Shown: piece after piece, positions 39,763-47,820 of the stretch
Layout of the letters: every line of letters starts with the position of its first letter
How positions within the stretch are numbered: the stretch's first letter is position 1
Source of the DNA: Candidatus Daviesbacteria bacterium
Lineage (GTDB): Bacteria > Patescibacteriota > Microgenomatia > Daviesbacterales > UBA10151
Direction: 5' to 3'
Length of the DNA stretch: 64,000 nucleotides
Assembly: GCA_030699125.1 (NCBI GenBank)
Contig: JAUYKM010000016.1
Coordinates: 12,845-76,844 of the forward strand
The notes under the pieces: model-generated
What the model was told of the DNA's origin: nothing
Seen by the model: the letters and a program-made list of their open reading frames with translations, nothing else
The model's database searches: none
Program-made: the position numbers and the translations under genes

Positions 39763-40140
39763 TTAAATTTCATAACCAATCTTATTTCCCTCTAAGTGAT
39801 CTCTCAATGCTAATTCTCTTCCTGATCTAACGAAACTGGTACGAACTTCAAATGGTAGCCCAAATCCTGCTACTTCTTCTCTTAATTCTCTAGCGTATTG
39901 ACTAACCTTCCGAAGAGTGGGTTTTTCTAAGCCTTCTTCACTGGCTTCCTCAGTAAGTACACTCCATACAAAAACCCCAAAGGTTCCTTCTTTTTTTCCT
40001 CTTATAAAACCTTCGCTTATATATGTCTTCCGCGCTATTCCTAAATCTTCAACTTTCAATCCGTATGCTGATGTAGCTATTAAAAGACTCCATCCTGTTT
40101 TTGGTGGGTCTTCTCTTGCAGCTTCTAAATTAATTCCCAT
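39763..40140 (-). CDS. Hypothetical protein (125 aa)
   Basis: Intact ORF, no family recognised. Adjacent to the topA-3'-end remnant; possible cassette cargo. Confidence 0.4.
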   Translation of the reverse strand: MGINLEAAREDPPKTGWSLLIATSAYGLKVEDLGIARKTYISEGFIRGKKEGTFGVFVWSVLTEEASEEGLEKPTLRKVSQYARELREEVAGFGLPFEVRTSFVRSGRELALRDHLEGNKIGYEI

Positions 40141-40164
40141 AATTGCATTATATCACACTTCTTT

Positions 40165-40264
40165 AAAGTTGCGTACCCACACCCGGTGTGTGGTAGGTAG
40201 ACACCTCAGGTACAGTTACACCTTTAGGTTTCGTCCAGGAAGCAAATTTGCAGGTTGGCCTGTT
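40165..40264 (-). pseudogene. Remnant/duplicate of the topA 3' region (zinc-ribbon segment)
   Basis: 40224-40264 is about 85% identical (35/41) to topA 40851-40891. Minus-strand reading gives ...NRPTCKFASWTKPKG... versus TopA ...NWPVCKFASWTKPKS.... Also contains hairpin CCACAC-CCGG-TGTGTGG. Confidence 0.7.
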
Positions 40265-40544
40265 AACGAATTCTGTGAGAAATGGTAACTGATTGAACAG
40301 ACTCACCAGTTCTTCTTACACCTAATTTAGAGCCTAAAACCTGAGAGGCATTAAAAATTTCTATCCCTAAAAGTTCTCCCTTTTCGCCAAGCTCTAAACT
40401 AATATCAGGAGTAATCCCTCTGTGTTCCTCCTCAACACCACTTTTAATATTAAGCCACAAAATATCATGTTTTTTATCGTAATATACTTTTTGCTTAGTC
40501 TTCTTCATTTTTTGCCCACCTTCCTCTTTTAAGTTTATTTTCAA
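40263..40544 (-). CDS. DUF2283-family protein, putative antitoxin partner of DUF4258
   Basis: 93 aa; DILWLNIK...ELGEKGELLGIEIFNAS matches the DUF2283 signature. Confidence 0.6.
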   Translation of the reverse strand: MKINLKEEGGQKMKKTKQKVYYDKKHDILWLNIKSGVEEEHRGITPDISLELGEKGELLGIEIFNASQVLGSKLGVRRTGESVQSVTISHRIR

Positions 40545-40785
40545 TCTCTTGCCTGGAAGTAGGATAAATAGTAACAGCTTGAATCTCTAACTCCATTATA
40601 GCATAGGCCACAACCATTGGACGAAGCTTTCCATTATATTCCATGTTTTTTACAACAATATCATAACCAGTATCCAGATCTTTATATTTTTCTTCAGAAT
40701 TCTGAATAATAACTTTAGGATAACTTTGTGGGATTTTTCTTTCTTTAAGACGAATTTTAAGATGAGGTATTAAAACAATTTTCAT
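40495..40785 (-). CDS. DUF4258-family protein, putative toxin (second locus)
   Basis: Likely start at internal Met 40785 (MKIVLIPHLKIRLKERKI...), 13 nt after the topA stop. The track's longer ORF (to 40872) overlaps topA. H..R...R.I ... VV pattern of DUF4258. Overlaps the DUF2283 gene by 50 nt. Confidence 0.55.
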   Translation of the reverse strand: MKIVLIPHLKIRLKERKIPQSYPKVIIQNSEEKYKDLDTGYDIVVKNMEYNGKLRPMVVAYAIMELEIQAVTIYPTSRQEIENKLKRGRWAKNEED

Positions 40786-40798
40786 TTTATTAATGAGG

Positions 40799-42943
40799 TT
40801 ACTTCTCCCCTCCGGGGCTCGCAATGACAAGTTCTTCTGGTTTATCAGACTTAGGCTTTGTCCAAGAAGCAAACTTGCAGACTGGCCAGTTTTTGCAGCC
40901 GTAAAAAGTTTTACCCCTTCTGGTATGTCTGACTACAATATCCCCACCATCTTGCGGACACTTAACATCAATTATTTCCTCTAAAGCTTCTGTATGACGG
41001 CATTTGGGAAAAGTGGAACAGGCCAGAAATTTACCAAACTTCCCTATCCTTATCACTAATTCATTACCACACTCCGGACATTTTTTACCAGCCAGTTGGG
41101 GTTCTATTTTCATTTTTTCTGCTTCTTTAAATGTTAACTCCAATTTTTTCTCAAATGGCTGGTAAAATTGTCTAACGGTGGGACGCCACTGTCTTTCCCC
41201 ATTGGCTATCTCATCCAGTTCATCCTCCATCTGGGCAGTAAAAGAATAATCAACAATATCCGGAAAATATTCCACTATAAAATCATTAACAGTAAAACCT
41301 AATTCTGTTGGAATAAATCTTCTTTCCATTCGCTCAACATAAAATCTTTCTTGAATGGTAGAAATAATGGGAGCATAGGTGGAAGGCCTACCAATTCCCA
41401 ACTCTTCTAATTTTTTAATAAGTGATGCTTCATTATACCGGGGTAGTGGTTCGGTAAAATGTTGATCAGGTAAAAGTTGAATTAAATTTAGAGAATCATT
41501 TTCCAAAAGTTTTGGCAATATTTTTTGACCGGTATCTTTCTCTCCCGCTTCGCCCACGCCTTCAGCGTCGCTCTGCGCGAAGCGAGGCGAGTCATCTTCC
41601 AGTTTTTCTTTTTCATAAAGTTTTAGCCAACCATTAAATTTGATTACTGAACCAGTTGCTCGAAGAAGATAACTATCAGCAGTCACGTCAATTGTGGTTT
41701 GGTCTAAAATTGCCTCATTCATTTGACAGGCCACAAATCTTTTCCAAATTAATTCATATAACCTGATATGATCCTTATTAAATCCATTTCTGGTCCTTAG
41801 ATCCTCACTCCTGACTCCAACATCAGTCACCCTGATTGCCTCATGTGCTTCTTGAGCATTTTTGGATTTTGATTTATAAATCCTGGGTTTGGTAGGTAAA
41901 TATGATCGGCCCAAAAAATCTGCAATGAATTTGCGGACAGCAAGAATGGCCGAGGAAGATAAATTAACTGAATCAGTTCTCATATAAGTTATCAGTCCTT
42001 GTTCATATAAATTTTGCGCCACCATCATGGTTTTTTTAGCAGACATACCCAATCTGTTGGAAGCAGCTTGTTGCAGGGTAGAGGTAATAAAAGGCGGATA
42101 AGGGAAACGGCGAACTTCTTTCTGAGTGATTTTGGAAACCACATACTGAGCTTTTTCCAGATTTTTAACATGCCCATCTACCTCCTCCTTATTCTTAATT
42201 TCCAGCTTCTTGCTATTTTGTTCTATTAGGATAGCAACAAAGTGATTTTTGTCATTCTGAGGCGAAGCCGAAGAATCTCTCAACTTGTTTGAGTCTCGCA
42301 TTCGCGAGAGATCCTTCACTTCGTTCAGGATGACACTTTGTGTCAATTCCGCCTCAATACTCCAATACTCTTGCGCTTTAAAAGCCTTAACTTCCCTTTC
42401 TCTTTCCACAATCAACCGCAAAGCCACTGACTGAACCCTACCAGCAGAAAGTCCTTTTTTAATTTTTTGCCAAAGCAGGGGGGATAATTTATAACCAACT
42501 AACCGATCCAAAACTCTTCTGGCCACCTGGGCATCCACTAATTTCAGATCTATTTGACGGGGTTGATTAAAGGCCTCTCTTATAGCTTCTTCGGTAATCT
42601 CATGAAAAACAACACGCTTTATGTCTTCACTTTTCACTTTTCCCTTATCACTTATCACTTGTTCCAAATGCCAGGCAATTGCCTCACCTTCCCGGTCAGG
42701 GTCGGTGGCAAGCCACAATGTATCTGCACCCTCCATCTCTTTTTTCATCTCATTAACTCTTTTTCTTTTATCTCTGGGGATAACATATTGGGGTTCAAAA
42801 TCATGCTCTATATCTACCCCAAGCTCTGATTTTGGCAAATCCCTCACATGTCCCATTGAGGCCTCAATAGTGTATTTATCCCCCAAAAATTTTTGCAAGG
42901 TCCTGGCTTTGGTAGGTGATTCCACGATTACTAAATTATTCAT
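40799..42943 (-). CDS. topA: DNA topoisomerase I
   Basis: Toprim VIVESPTKARTLQKFLG, catalytic and C-terminal CxxC zinc ribbons. The true start is probably Met at 42943 (MNNLVIVESP...). The track ORF starts at a TTG (43000) and reads through an upstream palindromic repeat (ILRYTQNDREK). Two in-frame repeat insertions at 42251-42334 and 41540-41593. Confidence 0.9.
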   Translation of the reverse strand: MNNLVIVESPTKARTLQKFLGDKYTIEASMGHVRDLPKSELGVDIEHDFEPQYVIPRDKRKRVNEMKKEMEGADTLWLATDPDREGEAIAWHLEQVISDKGKVKSEDIKRVVFHEITEEAIREAFNQPRQIDLKLVDAQVARRVLDRLVGYKLSPLLWQKIKKGLSAGRVQSVALRLIVEREREVKAFKAQEYWSIEAELTQSVILNEVKDLSRMRDSNKLRDSSASPQNDKNHFVAILIEQNSKKLEIKNKEEVDGHVKNLEKAQYVVSKITQKEVRRFPYPPFITSTLQQAASNRLGMSAKKTMMVAQNLYEQGLITYMRTDSVNLSSSAILAVRKFIADFLGRSYLPTKPRIYKSKSKNAQEAHEAIRVTDVGVRSEDLRTRNGFNKDHIRLYELIWKRFVACQMNEAILDQTTIDVTADSYLLRATGSVIKFNGWLKLYEKEKLEDDSPRFAQSDAEGVGEAGEKDTGQKILPKLLENDSLNLIQLLPDQHFTEPLPRYNEASLIKKLEELGIGRPSTYAPIISTIQERFYVERMERRFIPTELGFTVNDFIVEYFPDIVDYSFTAQMEDELDEIANGERQWRPTVRQFYQPFEKKLELTFKEAEKMKIEPQLAGKKCPECGNELVIRIGKFGKFLACSTFPKCRHTEALEEIIDVKCPQDGGDIVVRHTRRGKTFYGCKNWPVCKFASWTKPKSDKPEELVIASPGGEK
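41540..41593. repeat. GC-rich imperfect hairpin inserted in-frame in topA (encodes DDSPRFAQSDAEGVGEAGEKDTG)
   Basis: CTCTCCCGCTTCGC...GCGAAGCGAGGCGAGTC. Local GC far above the AT-rich flanks; arms CGCTTCGC/GCGAAGCG. Confidence 0.55.
42251..42334. repeat. Composite ~84-nt long-arm palindromic element inserted in-frame in topA
   Basis: Left arm GTCATTCTGAGGCGAAGCCGAAGAATCTC pairs with the reverse complement of right arm GAGATCCTTCACTTCGTTCAGGATGAC. Central small palindrome TCTCGC-ATTC-GCGAGA. 28 codons encoding ...SVILNEVKDLSRMRDSNKLRDSSASPQNDKNH. Confidence 0.75.
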
Positions 42944-42961
42944 ATTAATTATCTTTTCTCT

Positions 42962-43005
42962 GTCATTCTGAGTGTAACGAAGAATCTCTTGCGAATGCAA
43001 GAATC
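42962..43005. repeat. Half-copy of the long-arm element plus small palindrome (GTCATTCTGAGTGTAACGAAGAATCTC TTGCGAATGCAAGAATC) in the topA 5' region
   Basis: Sequence similarity to the 42251 element left arm; TTGC-GAAT-GCAA hairpin. Confidence 0.65.
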
Positions 43006-43033
43006 ATTATACAGAAGAAGTCAAATTTTTTAG

Positions 43034-43288
43034 TCATTCAAAATCCGAATCCAAAACCTGGGGATTAACTTTTTCTAACTCTTGCTTTAAATCAGTTGAT
43101 GAGTCAAACTGAAAAGTTTTGGGAGCATTCGGGGTGGGGATTGGCGTAGGATTAGAATTTATTTCACTTTGATTATTTGAAGAACTTTCAGGACTAACTA
43201 ATTGTTTAGCTTGATTTCGCAAAGGCCCAAATACAACTAACCCTATTCCTACTATTATTATAATACTTATAATTATTATCTTTTTCAT
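43034..43288 (-). CDS. Hypothetical small membrane-anchored protein
   Basis: 84 aa; N-terminal hydrophobic helix (IIIISIIIIVGIGLVVF) then S/N/P-rich tail. Confidence 0.4.
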   Translation of the reverse strand: MKKIIIISIIIIVGIGLVVFGPLRNQAKQLVSPESSSNNQSEINSNPTPIPTPNAPKTFQFDSSTDLKQELEKVNPQVLDSDFE

Positions 43289-43310
43289 CCTTAATCTTAG
43301 CTCCTAGTTC

Positions 43311-43679
43311 CTAGTTCTCCAATGCTTTTTCCACTTCCCCTTTAGCTCTTAACACTTTTCCCTTTAAAACTACCAAACTATTTCTTAATTTATTTTCAGA
43401 AGAAAAATTTTGCGCCCGCTGGAAGGCAATTGCCTCAGCAGTATAGGTGATCCAATAATCAGCAGTTTCAATAGTTGTATCCACGTTGCCAAAAGCCACC
43501 CTAGTTTCCTGTATTCCCTGCCTTGTTCTTAATTCCTCCATTATTGCAGCCATCCGGGAAACATCCTCCTCAAACCTAGTGCAAATCTTCTGATTCACCT
43601 CACCTAAAGATGGTACCGCATAAACCGTAATAGGGAAAAATACCGCTAATAAAGAAAGTGCAAAAATTAAACCTCTCAT
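43311..43679 (-). CDS. Hypothetical secreted protein
   Basis: 122 aa; signal-peptide-like N-terminus MRGLIFALSLLAVFFPITVYA. Confidence 0.4.
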   Translation of the reverse strand: MRGLIFALSLLAVFFPITVYAVPSLGEVNQKICTRFEEDVSRMAAIMEELRTRQGIQETRVAFGNVDTTIETADYWITYTAEAIAFQRAQNFSSENKLRNSLVVLKGKVLRAKGEVEKALEN

Positions 43680-43724
43680 TATTAAAACTTTACCACAATT
43701 GACTGACTGACATTACCACACTTT

Positions 43725-43771
43725 GTCATCCCGACGATTGATAATTAGATTCCTGCATTTGCAGGAATGAC
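43725..43771. repeat. Palindromic repeat pair (degenerate GTCATCCCGACGATTGATAAT + GATTCCTGCATTTGCAGGAATGAC) in the intergenic region downstream of the clp-like gene
   Basis: Second unit is a perfect hairpin (ATTCCTGC / GCAGGAAT). Same family as 59373-59397. Confidence 0.7.
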
Positions 43772-43773
43772 GT

Positions 43774-46284
43774 TTATGAAACTACCAACTCCACCCCAAC
43801 TTTAAATGTCTGACCTTTAACTAATTTATTTTCCAAAATCATCCTAGAAAGATTGGCTTCTAAAGTATCTTGAATCAATCTTCGAAGAGGTCTTGCTCCA
43901 AGTACTGGGTCAAAACCTCTTTTTGCCAATTCTCCCACCAACTCAGGAGAAAATTCCATCAAATATCCTTTTTCTTTCATCTGATTTTGCAATTGATTCA
44001 GTTTCAGTCTGACAATTTTTTGCAAATCTTCTTGTGAAAGCGGTTTAAACAACACCACATCATCAAAGCGATTTATCAGTTCCGGTTTGAAAACTTGCAA
44101 TATCTCATCATTTACCTGTTTATCCAAACTTTCTAAGGTTTGTCCTGTTTCCAAACCTTTGGCAATTGTTAAAGAAGCCGCATTAGAGGTGGCAATAATA
44201 ATGGTATTGGTAAAATCAATTGTCCTACCTGCCCCATCAGTTAATCTGCCATCTTCCAAAACTTGTAAAAATAAAGTTAAAATTTTAGGGTCTGCTTTCT
44301 CAAACTCATCCAAAAGAAGCAATGCATATGGTTTACTTCTAATGGCCTCCGTTAATAATCCACCTCCTTCCGATCCACCGATTAACCGACTCACCGACTC
44401 ACTGGATTGATATTCCGACATATCAAAACGGATAAAAGCTCCTTCTGTTTTAAAGTAAACTTCGGATAATGCTTTAGCTACCTCAGTTTTCCCTACACCG
44501 GTTGGACCCACAAATAAAAATGACCCGATTGGTCTTTTTTCTTCCCTTAATCCTGTGGCTGATCTTCTTAAACTATCAGAAATAACTTTAACTGCCTGCT
44601 CCTGATCTATAATCTTTTGATGTAAATCCTGCTCCAAATTAAGCAGTTTGCTATTATCCGCATTACCTATTTCTACAATGGGCACTTTGACCCGCTCAGA
44701 AATAATTTTAGTCACCACCTTTTTTGTGATCCAGCCATTTTGAGCTTGAGTCTGAGCCTCTTTTAAAATGCTCATAGCTGAATCAGGCAGAACTCGATCA
44801 TGGACCATTTTGGCGGATAGTTCAGCTACACTTTTTATGGCAAGGTATGTGGTTTTGATCTTACTATTCTTAGCAAAATTAATCGATCTGGATTCCAAAA
44901 TATTAATGGTATCATCTATTGATGCAGGAGATAATTCAACTTTAATAAATAGTCTGGCAAAAGCCCCATTTTTTTCCAAAATTTTGCTGTAGTTTTCCGG
45001 CTCAGTGGTGCCAATAAATTGAAATTTGTCGGATTCCAGATATGGAAGAATTAATGAGTAAAGATTTAAGCTTAATCCTGCTTCTCCCATCCCTAAATTG
45101 TGAATTTCCTCCACAGCCAGGATGACATTTTGAGCAAACTCCACCTCCTCAAAAATATCTTTAATCTTTTCAGCCAATTCTCCCTGAGTTTTAATACCGG
45201 ATAAGAGTTTGGTTAAATCCAAAAGCATTAACCTTTTAATAGCTAGAGCCTCCGGCGCATCCCCTCTGACAATTAGTCTGGCCAGGTGTCTCACCAGGGC
45301 GGATTTACCTGCTCCAGGTTCTGCCACCACCACTACATTTTTACCAGTTTGTTGAGATAAGATATTTACAATGTGTTCCACCACCCCATTGGTTCTGATG
45401 AAATTGATACTTCCTTGAGTGGCAGCGGTTTTGGTCAAATCTTCCCCAGACCTATCCAAATTGGGAGTTGGTGTTCCCAACCAACCTCGATTAATACCTT
45501 TGAGATGATGTATGAAGAAATCATCATTCCAAATCCACACCTTTTTCCATTGATTTCTTTTTTTCTCCAGATAAAAGAGAGTTTGGCGGAAATCCTCCAA
45601 GGCAAGATTATATTTTATTAACTCATTTTCAATATGAGGAATATTAAAAAGCGCTGCCACAAAAAAATGTGAAGCCCTGATATATTCACTTCCTCCATCC
45701 TTAGCCAACTGATATGCCAGATACCCCACCCCTTGCCAATCCTCAATATCAGAATTCGAGATCATTTCTGGTTTTATTTCCAGAAAAGTTAAGAAATAAT
45801 TAATCTGAGAACTTTTTAAAAGTTTATTAAAATTTAGATCCTTTTTTTTAATTTCCGCACATTGCCAAAATTCCTCTCTTGACTTTATTTGCCAGACTTT
45901 TTTGTGAGGATGTAAAGAAACATGGAGAATAAATAACCCCACTCCTGCCAAAAATAAAACAGCACTAACAATAAACGGAATATTTATAATTGCTAGGATT
46001 GGTAGCAAAAACCAGTAAATGGATATCGCCAAAATCAGCACAGTTGCCAAAAGATAAGCAAATAGCCCAATGATAATTCTTGTGAACCTAAACAGAAAAC
46101 TTAAAATTCTTCCCACAATTGAGGAGTCATGAAAAAGAGGAGTAAATATCAATCTCCACATCAGTCCTACGGTCAAATCTTCCTCCAAAAGCAGGATGAG
46201 ATTCCTCCAAGTTCTGATAAAAGTATCCAAGCCCTCTATATACCAGAAACGTACAAGGTGAATTGGCAGGTATAAGTATTTCAT
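43774..46284 (-). CDS. Membrane-anchored Hsp100/Clp-family double AAA+ ATPase (ClpB/ClpC-like lacking the usual N-domain)
   Basis: 836 aa. First ~125 aa contain about 4 hydrophobic helices. D1 VVVVAEPGAGKSALVRHLARLIVRGDAPEAL; D2 FLFVGPTGVGKTEVAKAL...LLLDEFEKA...GARPLRRLIQ. No long coiled-coil M-domain and no clear IGF loop seen. Confidence 0.75.
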   Translation of the reverse strand: MKYLYLPIHLVRFWYIEGLDTFIRTWRNLILLLEEDLTVGLMWRLIFTPLFHDSSIVGRILSFLFRFTRIIIGLFAYLLATVLILAISIYWFLLPILAIINIPFIVSAVLFLAGVGLFILHVSLHPHKKVWQIKSREEFWQCAEIKKKDLNFNKLLKSSQINYFLTFLEIKPEMISNSDIEDWQGVGYLAYQLAKDGGSEYIRASHFFVAALFNIPHIENELIKYNLALEDFRQTLFYLEKKRNQWKKVWIWNDDFFIHHLKGINRGWLGTPTPNLDRSGEDLTKTAATQGSINFIRTNGVVEHIVNILSQQTGKNVVVVAEPGAGKSALVRHLARLIVRGDAPEALAIKRLMLLDLTKLLSGIKTQGELAEKIKDIFEEVEFAQNVILAVEEIHNLGMGEAGLSLNLYSLILPYLESDKFQFIGTTEPENYSKILEKNGAFARLFIKVELSPASIDDTINILESRSINFAKNSKIKTTYLAIKSVAELSAKMVHDRVLPDSAMSILKEAQTQAQNGWITKKVVTKIISERVKVPIVEIGNADNSKLLNLEQDLHQKIIDQEQAVKVISDSLRRSATGLREEKRPIGSFLFVGPTGVGKTEVAKALSEVYFKTEGAFIRFDMSEYQSSESVSRLIGGSEGGGLLTEAIRSKPYALLLLDEFEKADPKILTLFLQVLEDGRLTDGAGRTIDFTNTIIIATSNAASLTIAKGLETGQTLESLDKQVNDEILQVFKPELINRFDDVVLFKPLSQEDLQKIVRLKLNQLQNQMKEKGYLMEFSPELVGELAKRGFDPVLGARPLRRLIQDTLEANLSRMILENKLVKGQTFKVGVELVVS

Positions 46285-46345
46285 GTTAGTCGTCAGCTGT
46301 CAGCTTTCAGTCGTCAGACAATTTATAATTTTTCTTATAGCTGAT
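46285..46345. promoter_or_regulatory. Direct/inverted repeat cluster (GTCGTCAGC TGTCAGC ... GTCGTCAGAC ... AGCTGATGACTGATAGCT) immediately upstream of the clp-like gene start
   Basis: Reiterated CTGACGAC/CTGACAGC units on the minus strand within 40 nt of the ATG. Candidate operator; identity unknown. Confidence 0.35.
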
Positions 46346-46354
46346 GACTGATAG

Positions 46355-46753
46355 CTATCTCACTCTTACTAAATTTCCATTCAGGTCTAATTCAACAAAA
46401 TGTTCAGCTCTGCCTTCTCGAAAAGCCGCGCACTGATTTTGATCTAAATCATCTATGTCCTGACGAGGCTCGTGGACCATATCCACCACCCAGTCTGGCA
46501 TCAGAGCATTTGTTAAGCAAGGTCCCTCAGAAAAATTTAGCCCTTCTTCTTTTCTTAGTTGATATAAATACCTGGCCTGATTTACGGCCGTACTAATTTC
46601 ATCTTTGGTAATATAGTCTTTTTGAAAATCTACATTAAGTATTAAGGTTAAGGCTGCCACGAGTATTACAAAGGTTAAGGTTAAGATTAAAAACACAAAT
46701 TTGGGAATTGTCTTCATCATAAACATTATCTCATCAATCCTCACACTCGACAA
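46355..46753 (-). CDS. Hypothetical membrane-anchored protein
   Basis: 132 aa; one N-terminal TM helix (FVFLILTLTFVILVAALTLIL). Confidence 0.4.
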   Translation of the reverse strand: MSSVRIDEIMFMMKTIPKFVFLILTLTFVILVAALTLILNVDFQKDYITKDEISTAVNQARYLYQLRKEEGLNFSEGPCLTNALMPDWVVDMVHEPRQDIDDLDQNQCAAFREGRAEHFVELDLNGNLVRVR

Positions 46754-47820
46754 TAGTTGCCGCTACCCAAGTTTTGGACCAGACCGAAGATCTCCATTTT
46801 CAGGAGGTTGGCAGAGATTGTGGCTGCCGACAGATTTAGCATTCTTGAAATTTCATCAATATGCAACGTTTCATTTTCCAAACATTCCAAGATTCTTTTT
46901 TCTTCTTCTGTTATTTCCCTTAATTCTTGATTCTTAATTCTTAATTCTTTCTTTAATCCCATCTCATCCAAAATCTCACCGGCATCAAAAACCGCCTTTG
47001 CCCCTGTTTTTATTAAATCTATCGGCCCTCTTGATAAACTAGAGGTAACCGGGCCAGGCACGGCAAAAACTTCCTTGCCCCCCTCAACTGCTAATCTGGC
47101 AGTGATTAATGATCCTGAATCGGAGGCTGCCTCGGTGACCAGAATTGCCTTCGATAAACCGGCGATAATTCTATTCCTGGAGGGAAAATTACCCGGGAGG
47201 GAGGGGTAAGAAGGAGGAAATTCAGACATCACTGCCCCAAAACCTTCACTGATTTTTCTGGCCAAATCACGATTTTCCGGAGGAAAAATGTTGTTTAACC
47301 CCCCTCCTAAAACTGCCAGAGTCCTGCCACGATTTTCAATGGCAGTCTGGTGTGCCATTCCATCTACGCCTCTGGCCAGACCTGATACAATTGTTAATCC
47401 GGCTGAGACCAAATCTTGAACAAATTGTTTGGTCACGGCCCGACCATAACCGGTAATCTTTCTGGTTCCCACCACCCCGATGGCATTTTCATCTTGGGGT
47501 TTAATCTCTCCTTTGTAATATAAAACAATTGGCGGATCGTAAATCTCTTTTAAAAGTCTAGGGTAGCTTTCATCATAAATGGTCAGCCATTTAATACCTG
47601 ATTTTTGGATTGAATCTGCATAAGTTTCCAGGTCTAATTTCTGACGCGTTTGAACCAACAATTCCGCCACATTTTGGGGAATCCCAATCTTTCTTATTTC
47701 CCCAATATCCGCTTCCCAAGCCAATTTTGGATCTTTAAAATAATCCAAAATTGCTTTTAGCCTAATCGGCCCCAGGCCATCGATGCTATGTAAAGCCATC
47801 AGGTATGGAATATTATTCAT
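46741..47820 (-). CDS. dprA: DNA processing protein DprA (SMF family)
   Basis: 359 aa; Rossmann-like DprA core GVVGTRKITGYGR..., GLARGVDGMAHQ, C-terminal wHTH. Confidence 0.88.
   Translation of the reverse strand: MNNIPYLMALHSIDGLGPIRLKAILDYFKDPKLAWEADIGEIRKIGIPQNVAELLVQTRQKLDLETYADSIQKSGIKWLTIYDESYPRLLKEIYDPPIVLYYKGEIKPQDENAIGVVGTRKITGYGRAVTKQFVQDLVSAGLTIVSGLARGVDGMAHQTAIENRGRTLAVLGGGLNNIFPPENRDLARKISEGFGAVMSEFPPSYPSLPGNFPSRNRIIAGLSKAILVTEAASDSGSLITARLAVEGGKEVFAVPGPVTSSLSRGPIDLIKTGAKAVFDAGEILDEMGLKKELRIKNQELREITEEEKRILECLENETLHIDEISRMLNLSAATISANLLKMEIFGLVQNLGSGNYCRV

Noticed and set aside
42944-43000. N-terminal 19 residues of the track's topA ORF (TTG start, ...ILRYTQNDREK...)
   Set aside because: They are encoded by the upstream palindromic element and use a TTG start. 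The conserved TopA N-terminus begins at Met 42943 (MNNLVIVESPTKA).
46861-46940. AATTCTTAATTCTT tandem-looking stretch
   Set aside because: It lies inside dprA and simply encodes a K/E-rich linker (KKELRIKNQELRE). Not an independent repeat element.
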